Source of the DNA: the human T2T-CHM13v2.0 reference genome, Homo sapiens
Reading direction: 5' to 3' (one strand)
Assembly (NCBI RefSeq): GCF_009914755.1
Contig: NC_060932.1
Length of the DNA: 64,000 nucleotides
A model generated the notes under the pieces. The model had not been told where the DNA came from and made no database searches. It saw only the letters and a list, made by a program, of their open reading frames with translations. Positions 54,629 to 64,000 of this stretch are shown here, in pieces. The translations under genes were made by a program, and so were the position numbers. Position 1 is the first letter of the stretch; every line of letters starts with the position of its first letter.

Positions 54629-55630
54629 CTTTCCTGATCATCCTCTTCACTTCCATATGCTGCTTACTGACACTGTTTAGGGAGACTTCTTTGCTCTGCT
54701 GAGAATCTCCAAGACAGGCAGGAGAAATGAAAGACCAAAGAAAATGAACTGAAGTCAGCGTGAGAGGTGGTATGATCCTAATCTCTTTCATCTCTCTTTA
54801 TGAAGAAAAAAGTCTGTCTCGACCCAGAGAGAGTGATAATCCCTCCAGCTTATTTTCAAGACAGCTCAGTGAAGTACTAATTTAAATAATGTAAAGTTAT
54901 TTTTTTAAATAGACATTTTTATCTTAATTTTTCTATAATTGGCAGGAGAAAAATGTCCAATTCCCTAGTCATGCTTAATCATGCTTACTGGGAATTCAGA
55001 GAGGCCAAGTGCATCCCTCCCATTGAGCTGGCATCAGTGAAGGCTGTCACAGAGCACTGTGCTATGTGAGCCCGACATGGAGCCTGGAGGAACAGGCATT
55101 CACATCAGGTATAAAGCAGTGAAAGCAGTGTAAGTCAAGCTGTGGAATAACTAAATCAGCTCATTCTGACATTATTGTTTTCAAGAGCTGTGACCATCAT
55201 TGACATTTCCATGGCATTTTAAGGCATTCCACAAATATCTCATAAACATGCCTAATCCAAAGCCTGACCTTCCACTTAAAATACAGCTACTTATGAGATT
55301 TATTTTTTTCTGCTCCACATTTTCTCTTTCTTTTGTGCTGTCCACGTATGCTTATTTATTTATACCACATCTACTTCCATCGAAGTGATTTGAGACAGCT
55401 TACAATAGAAGTGAAAATAAATGAGGCCAAAATGTGCCTTCCAATAGGAATAAAACACAGGTTGCCTACAGTTTTCATAAAAATTTCGGCAATATTACTG
55501 CTCCTTATTCCTCCCGTCCAATGTCCTTAGCATCTAACTGCAACTCTTTCTTACATACACATCCTGCAGAGTTGAAGGAAATCTTGAATCCAAATTCCTA
55601 AATCCAGAAAACCAAAACATTTTTCCTTTA

Positions 55631-56037
<407 letters not shown>

Positions 56038-56104
56038 TCAATTAATCCATCGAATTTTCTTCCTCCTTATTTCCACGTGGAGTCAATAATCTAATTCAAG
56101 AATT

Positions 56105-56327
56105 CAAGGCATGGCAAATGTTTTCTGCAAAGGAGCAGATACTTTTGGCTTTGTAGGTCATACACTGCTTGTTGCAACTACTCAACTCTGCTGTTAAAGC
56201 ACAAAAATAGCTGTAAAAATATGTAAATATGTAAAGAATGAACATGACTGTGTCCCAGTGAAACTTTATTTACAAACAGACGTGGGAAGCTGGGTTTTGT
56301 CCACAGGCCATAGTTGGCTGACTCCTC
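56105..56327 (+). mobile_element. MER58A hAT-Charlie element
   Basis: 'gttgcaactactcaactctgc...tgtgtcccagtgaaactttatttacaaa...ggccatagtt'. Confidence 0.8.
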
Positions 56328-56526
56328 ACTGAATGTTCTGCCTTCCTCCAATCTAGGTTCAGAGCTGAAGGTGAAGTGGAGGAAAGAAAACAAGCTAGAA
56401 GTATTCAAAGTGAACAGAAAATTGGCCATATTGCTGTTAGTATCCCCTCTTTTTCTGTTGGGTTTTTAGTTTGTTTTTGTTATTATTATTATTTTGATAG
56501 GTTGTGTTTTTGTTATTCCTGTTATT

Positions 56527-57061
56527 GTGGGCAGAATGGTAGCCCCAAAGATATATCCATGTGCTAGTCCCTAGGACCTGTAAATAATATTTTATTTGGA
56601 AAAGAGCTTTTGCAGATGTGATTAAGTAAAGGATCTTAGAGATAAGGATGAGGATCTTGAGACCCTGAATAATTTGGATAGACCCTAAATTCCCCCACAA
56701 GCATGCTTATGAATTAGACACACACAGAAGAGAAAGTGATGTGACAATGGAGTCAGAAATTGGAAAGATGCTGCCACAAACCAAGGGATGCTGGCTGGCA
56801 GTCACCAGAGCCTGAAGAGGCTGGCAGTCACCAGAGCCTGAAGAGACAAGGAGCAGATTCTCCCCAGCAGTCAACAGAGCCGGAAGAAACAAGGAGCAGA
56901 TTCTCCCCTGGAGCCAGCAGAGGAAGTGTGGGTCCGTGAAACTGACTCAGCCCAGGGAGGCATGCAGAGCATCTGTCTCCAGGACTGTTAGAGAATACAT
57001 TTCTGTTGTTTTCATCCATCCAGTTTGTATTAGTTGCAGTATCCATAGGAAAGTAATAACA
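56527..57061 (+). mobile_element. MLT1 (C/D-like) solo LTR
   Basis: 'tgtgggcagaatggtagccccaaagat...tttgcagatgtgattaagt...agaatacatttctgttgtttt'. Confidence 0.85.
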
Positions 57062-57325
57062 CCGCATTTCTCACTTGTAAGTGGGAGCTGAGCAATATGA
57101 ACACATGAACACAGGGAGGGGAACAACACACACTGGGGCCTGTCCAGGGGGTGGGATGGGGTGGGGGAGAGCATTAGGAAAAATAGCTAATGCATGTGGG
57201 GCTTAATACCTAGGTGATGGGTTGATAGGTGCAGCAAACCACCATGGCACATGTTTATCCATGTAACAAACCTGCACATCCTGCACATGTACCCCAGAAC
57301 ATAAGATTAAAATTTAAAAAAAGTG
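57062..57325 (+). mobile_element. L1PA 3' end, 5'-truncated
   Basis: 'ttctcacttgtaagtgggagctg...tgtaacaaacctgcacatcctgcacatgtaccccagaac'; approximate TSD AAAGTAATAA. Confidence 0.9.
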
Positions 57326-57399
57326 AAATAAAGTAATAAACCTGTATTTCCTTCCTCTGCATTGGAAATAATTTCCTTTCTGTTCTTTTACCTTTAACA

Positions 57400-58615
<1,216 letters not shown>

Positions 58616-59933
58616 CAAGTTATATGCAAGGCAAAATGCCTATGCATTTAAAAGCCTAAACATCTTATAATGAGCTCATATTCAGTGGAATATGATTTTC
58701 CTGTGGGAGATCTGTGCACCTTGGGTTTTGGAAATTTCCAAATTGAATGTTATGGCATCAAGTGCTACTGCGGATCATTGGAGAAATTGCTCCTCGGTTC
58801 CTATGTTTGTTCACTGTAAGTCTCACATTAGTCTTGAGATTTGTAATGTCTTATTACGAGGTCATCTTCAGTACAAGCTCTTTTGTTGGTTTGTTTCTTT
58901 GTGCATGTATGTGCACACACAGGAGATACTTGTGCCCTGTGGATTTTGAGAGTTTCAAAATAGAGTGTCAAGGCATGCATGAGCTTCTACTTAGGGTCCT
59001 GGGAGATTACTACCCTGAGTTCAGTTTATATGACAATTTACTGTCCTGGGATACTTATAGCACACATGAGCTGAATTCAAGAATCACATCTGTTCATACT
59101 GAAGTCGTGAGATTTGCAAAGCCTTATCATGAGCTTATCTCATAATGAGTCGGAGTTTGCGGATGTGGGTGTTTATGTGTGTGGTGGAGATTGGGGGAGA
59201 TTTGTGCAAGATGTCCTCTGGAAATCTACAAATAGAGCAGTATAGCATGTGCTTCTAATGAAGGTCTTGGGTAATTTACTGTTTAAAATTCAGTTTATAT
59301 GTTAATTTATCAAATTGGGATACCTAGAGCATGTGTTGGTATGAATAAAGGTTTCACATCTGTCTATGGTAAAGTTTTGGGGTTTGATTTGCATAAAATA
59401 TTTTTCTTCTCTGTGAAAGATACTGGAAGATATTATGTTTTCTTGTTGCTGTTCATGGCAGTGAGCGGAGGTTTTCAAACTCATTTTTTTTTTCCCTGAA
59501 AAAAAGAGTCCTTCAGAGATGTCACTTGGTGCATAGCTGTTAGTTGTGGCTTTCCATCTCATACAGTCTTCAAGAATACAGCTACTGTTCCTGGATGGAT
59601 GTTAAATCACAACCTCTCAAAGGGCTCAGGCCTATATATTGCTTTTACCCTCTGGACTGCTACTGAGTCAGCTTGTAAAATAACTGCCTTGGTTATGAAT
59701 TTTCTCCTTTGTTTTTGTGAAAGAAAGTTAGATTACCATCTTTCAAACTTGACTGTATATATTTCTGATGCTTTTCAAAAAAATTCAGGATTACTATATG
59801 TTTCAAGATAAAAGAGTGTCCGTGTTAGTTTTACTATTTTTTATTTAGTTTATTTAGTCAGTGTTAGTTTTATTATTCAGCCATGTTGCTGAATATATTT
59901 CTTAGCAACTCTAAATTTAAAAGCCAAGAGCGA

Positions 59934-60235
59934 GGCCAGGCATGGTGGCTTACTCCTGTAATCCCAGCATGTTGAGAGGCCAAGGCTGGAGTATTGCTTG
60001 AAGCCATGAGTTTGAGACCAGCCTTGGCAAGCTAGTGAGATCACATCTCTACCAAAAAAAAAAAAAAGAAAAGAAGCAATTTAAAAAATTAGCCAGGGAT
60101 CATGGTGGACACCTAGAGTCCCAGTTGATCTGGAGGCTGAGGTGGGAAGAGTTGGAGGCTGCAGTGAGCTGTGATCGCACTACTGCACTCCAGCCTGGAT
60201 GATAGTGAGATGTTTTTTCTAAAGATATAAAAATA
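59934..60235 (+). mobile_element. AluJ
   Basis: Diverged Alu; approximate TSD AAAAGCCAA. Confidence 0.9.
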
Positions 60236-60569
60236 AAAAGCCAAAAGCTAAAGAAGATCTATACGTTAATGTTTCCAATGGCGCTGTGAGTGCCAGGCAA
60301 GGAAAGCACTGATGTCAAGGCAGTGTAAGGAATGAGAAAGTGGGCAGTGGGGTCATAAAGCAGGAAGCACCAAAACAAGACTGGTCAAAGAGAGAGGGCG
60401 GTGGTGAGGAGGAGAATGGGAAGAGACTGCGGCCAAGACCACTGCCATCAAGGAAGGGAACTCTGTCGTGTGCTTGCTGCTGATCCAGAGCCAATCCAAA
60501 CACTGAGTCCAGCAGAATGCGTAGATTGGAGCAGCAGAGGTACACCTAAGCAACTGCATCTCCTCAGCG

Positions 60570-60718
60570 AGTGGTATACACAGCATCAGCACCCTCTCAG
60601 GGTGCATTAGGAATGTAGAATCTCTGGTCTCAGCTTAGAGCTACCGAAATCAGAATCTGCATTTTAACAAGATCCCCAGTGATTTGTTACATTCACACTG
60701 AGTTGCAAAAAGCCCTTG
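60570..60718. mobile_element. MER5A fragment
   Basis: 'aatcagaatctgcattttaacaagatccccagtgatt'. Confidence 0.75.
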
Positions 60719-60734
60719 TGGAGCATTCTGATTA

Positions 60735-60945
60735 AAGTACAGCCTTGGGATCAGAGAGAACTGAGTTTGAATATCCAATCTACATATTATTAGCCATGTA
60801 AACTTAGGGAAGTTGCTAACATTCTTTAAAGCCTTGGTTTCTTTATTTATAAAATGGGACTAATAATATCTGTCTCACAGGATTTTTGTGAAAATTGAGT
60901 GAAACAATTTAAATAGTGTAAAACATTTAGCCTAGAGTCTGGTAG
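60735..60945 (+). mobile_element. MIR SINE
   Basis: Core 'ttagggaagttgctaacattctttaaagccttggtttctttatttataaaatggg..taataata'. Confidence 0.75.
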
Positions 60946-62847
60946 GTAGTGATAGTTACCCTGAAAAAAAAAAGTTAGTTACTTTTTTAAAAAAAAAGAA
61001 AAAGAAATAAGGCCTTGCTCTTAAAAAAAGCAAAGAAGGAGGAGATATAATGAAATAATTATTTTTATTCACAGCACTTATTTTCATGGTTCAATAACTC
61101 ATTATCATTCAACAAACATGTAGTAATCACCTATAGGAGGCCAGATATTATATTATACATTAGGAAAGTCAAATGTGAATAGAATGCCGTCTTTGCCCTT
61201 GAGAAGCTTGCTGTTTCAGGGAAGAAGACACTTAACAAGAAATGTGGGATGCTTGAGTTGAATTAGAAAGTATTCATAAGACTTTACCTAGAAGAAAAGG
61301 GGACATCCATTCCAGGAAGAAGGAAATCTCTAAGTTATTCTCAGATTTAGAAAGTGAATCTAAGAACCTGTTAGGATTCTCAGAACAACATAGAATATGA
61401 ATGTAGTCAACACACCCAATGCCACCACTAGGTAGGAATAGAAATAGCAGACATTTATAAAGTAACAACTATTCTGATTTTCTGAAACTTTGATGAGATA
61501 CACGTGCCAGCAATTCTAAGTCTTTACATAGGGATTTCCATGCATGTTTCATCCTCAAAATCATTGCATGGAGGTGATACTCTCAAGGTCTCTTACAGAT
61601 GAGGATCCTGATTTATGGCAAGACCGAGTGACAAGCAGAGCTGGGCTTTGACCCTATGCCACCTGGCTATACAATGCACTGTTAACCATGTGCTACACTC
61701 TCATTAGATAATATGGCTCTTAAAAAAAGAATATGAAATCTTTAATTGATATATGTAAGCATTCTTAAAGAGGATGTTCATCAGGAAAGTGGAGCATCTG
61801 AGGGGCTCCATCTTCCTTCCTTAGCTGTTCAACTGGGCTCCCCAGTGCAGCAAAAGCACATTTGCAGGCAGCAGTACCAAATGTTAGATTTTACTAACAT
61901 TCCTGTGGTCACAGGATGGACAGCAGTGACAGTCTTATGAGAAAACTGTTGGTAAACACCATACAGGAATCCCTGCTTTTGGTCATCATCTGGGGATTAA
62001 GACGGGAATTTTAAACTGTGTCTAATTGGAAAAAAGAAGGAAGGGGCTGGAGATGTGAGGAGTGTGATCACTATTCTTAGAAACCAAATGCTTTCCCAGT
62101 GAAGAAGAAATGGATAATTTTGATGATGCTCATTAACTAGATCCAGGAACAATGAGTATAAATCCATTCTTTCCTTTAACAAAAACTTTCTGCCAGTATT
62201 TATGGGGTGAACAATGGATATAAAATTCCAATAAGACTTTCAAATACCTCTTGTAGATCATTTTTAAGACCCATTTATATCATTTTGAACTATAATATAT
62301 TGTACTATATATAATAAAACATTGGTTTAACATGAGAGAAGCTTATTTCTCTTTCATTTAAACAATTCTTACAGATAAGCAGCCAGCTTGGGGTGTGTAT
62401 GGCAGCTTTAGCCATTAGAAACCAAGGCTCCTTCTCTCTTTCTAATCCACAATCTTCAAAGTTACCTCATAGCCCATTATGATTGCTGGAGCTCCTGCCC
62501 TTGCATGGCAAAAAGGGGGAAGAAGAAAAGACCAAAAAAAAAAAAAAAAAAAAAAAAAGAAGTGTAATCCTGGAAGAATCAGTTCTCTTTAAGGATCCTT
62601 CCTGGAAGTCATAATCAACATTTCTGTCATCTGCTGTCACTTGTTATTACCCTAAGTGCAAAGATCTCAGAAATAGACTCATTAATAGCTCAAATAAAAT
62701 CTTAATAATAAAGGCAGAATAGATATTGAGTAATCAACTAGCAGCCTCTATCACACCTCCAACCTGAAGATTATCTTATTCAGCTTTCTTTCTTTCCCCC
62801 CTCTTTTTTCTATACTTTCTTCCATTCACTCAAAAAATATTAAGCAT

Positions 62848-63175
<328 letters not shown>

Positions 63176-63184
63176 TCAGTGGAA

Positions 63185-63219
63185 ACACACACACACACAC
63201 ATACACACACACACACACA
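63185..63219. repeat. Interrupted (CA)n microsatellite
   Basis: CA run with one TA interruption. Confidence 0.93.
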
Positions 63220-63629
63220 GATACAAGTGAGTGAGGAATTCATGAGGAAGACTCCTCTCCTGGATTTTTGAGTAATCTCACATATTCTCTAAAATATTAA
63301 CTACTACCAATGTATTAGGAGTTTCACACAAATATCTAAGGCCACCTATTACCACCTAGGGCTGGGGCATGAGGGAAAGCCAGGGGTTTTCAGAACCTTC
63401 CAGCATTGGGGGAGAAGCCTTGCAGAGCTAGACCTCAGGTTTTTTGAAGAGGAGACATCGCTGACTTATTACAACGCCTCAGCATCCCAGAGCTGGGGTC
63501 TAGCAGAGCTAGGATTCTCTGAGGAGGGAGGAAGTGCTGTCTAAGTGGTGTTCTTATCTTTCAGGAGGTGAAATGAGGCTACTTCTGGATGTGCCTTAAA
63601 ACAAAACAAAGCAAAACAAAAAAACACTA

Positions 63630-63938
63630 GGCTGGGTATGGTGGCTCACACCTGTAATCCCAGTACTTTGGAAGGCCCAGGTGCAAGGATTGCTTGAGCC
63701 CAGGAGTTTGAGACCAGCCTGGGCACCATGATGGGACTCTTATCTCTACAAAAATTTTAAAAAATTAGCCAGGTGTGGTTACGCACCTGTGGTTCCAGCT
63801 ACTTGGGAGGCTGAGGCAGGAAGATTGCTTGAGCCTAGGAAGTTGAGGTTGCAGTGAGCCATATTAACGCCACTGCACTACAGCTTGGATGACAGAGTGT
63901 GACCCTATCTCAAAAACAAACAAACACACACAAAAAAA
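63630..63938 (+). mobile_element. AluJ
   Basis: 'ggattgcttgagcccaggagtttgagaccagcctgggca' with an A/C-rich tail. Confidence 0.92.
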
Positions 63939-64000
63939 CTGGAGATTGGCGCCAATGCTACTGCCAGGAAAAGGGCCAATTGCTGAAGTGTCTCTTACAG

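Overview
Primate, almost certainly human, genomic DNA (it contains an AluYb8). It is AT-rich, repeat-dense and intergenic or intronic. I see no credible intact protein-coding gene; the ORFs in the track come from Alu, L1, ERV, simple repeats or chance. Recognisable non-TE content is a 5'-truncated MTHFD1L processed pseudogene (4303-4767), a U6 snRNA retrocopy (5619-5742) and a degraded NPAP1/UPF0607 (POM121-related) frame. The best candidate for an unusual system is a ~2.6 kb composite retroposon (16828-19400) with an 11-bp TSD and A-tail. It joins an SVA-type VNTR, an Alu fragment, the NPAP1/UPF0607-like ORF and an L1 fragment, all antisense to the retrotransposed RNA. The middle of the window holds two old L1s, one interrupted by an ERVL provirus lacking its 5' LTR. 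Several template-switch or templated-insertion scars are visible, including a 124-bp inverted repeat, ERV fragments copied 1.2-2.3 kb away and a 5'-inverted Alu. Subfamily and homology calls rest on recalled consensus sequences, not searches.
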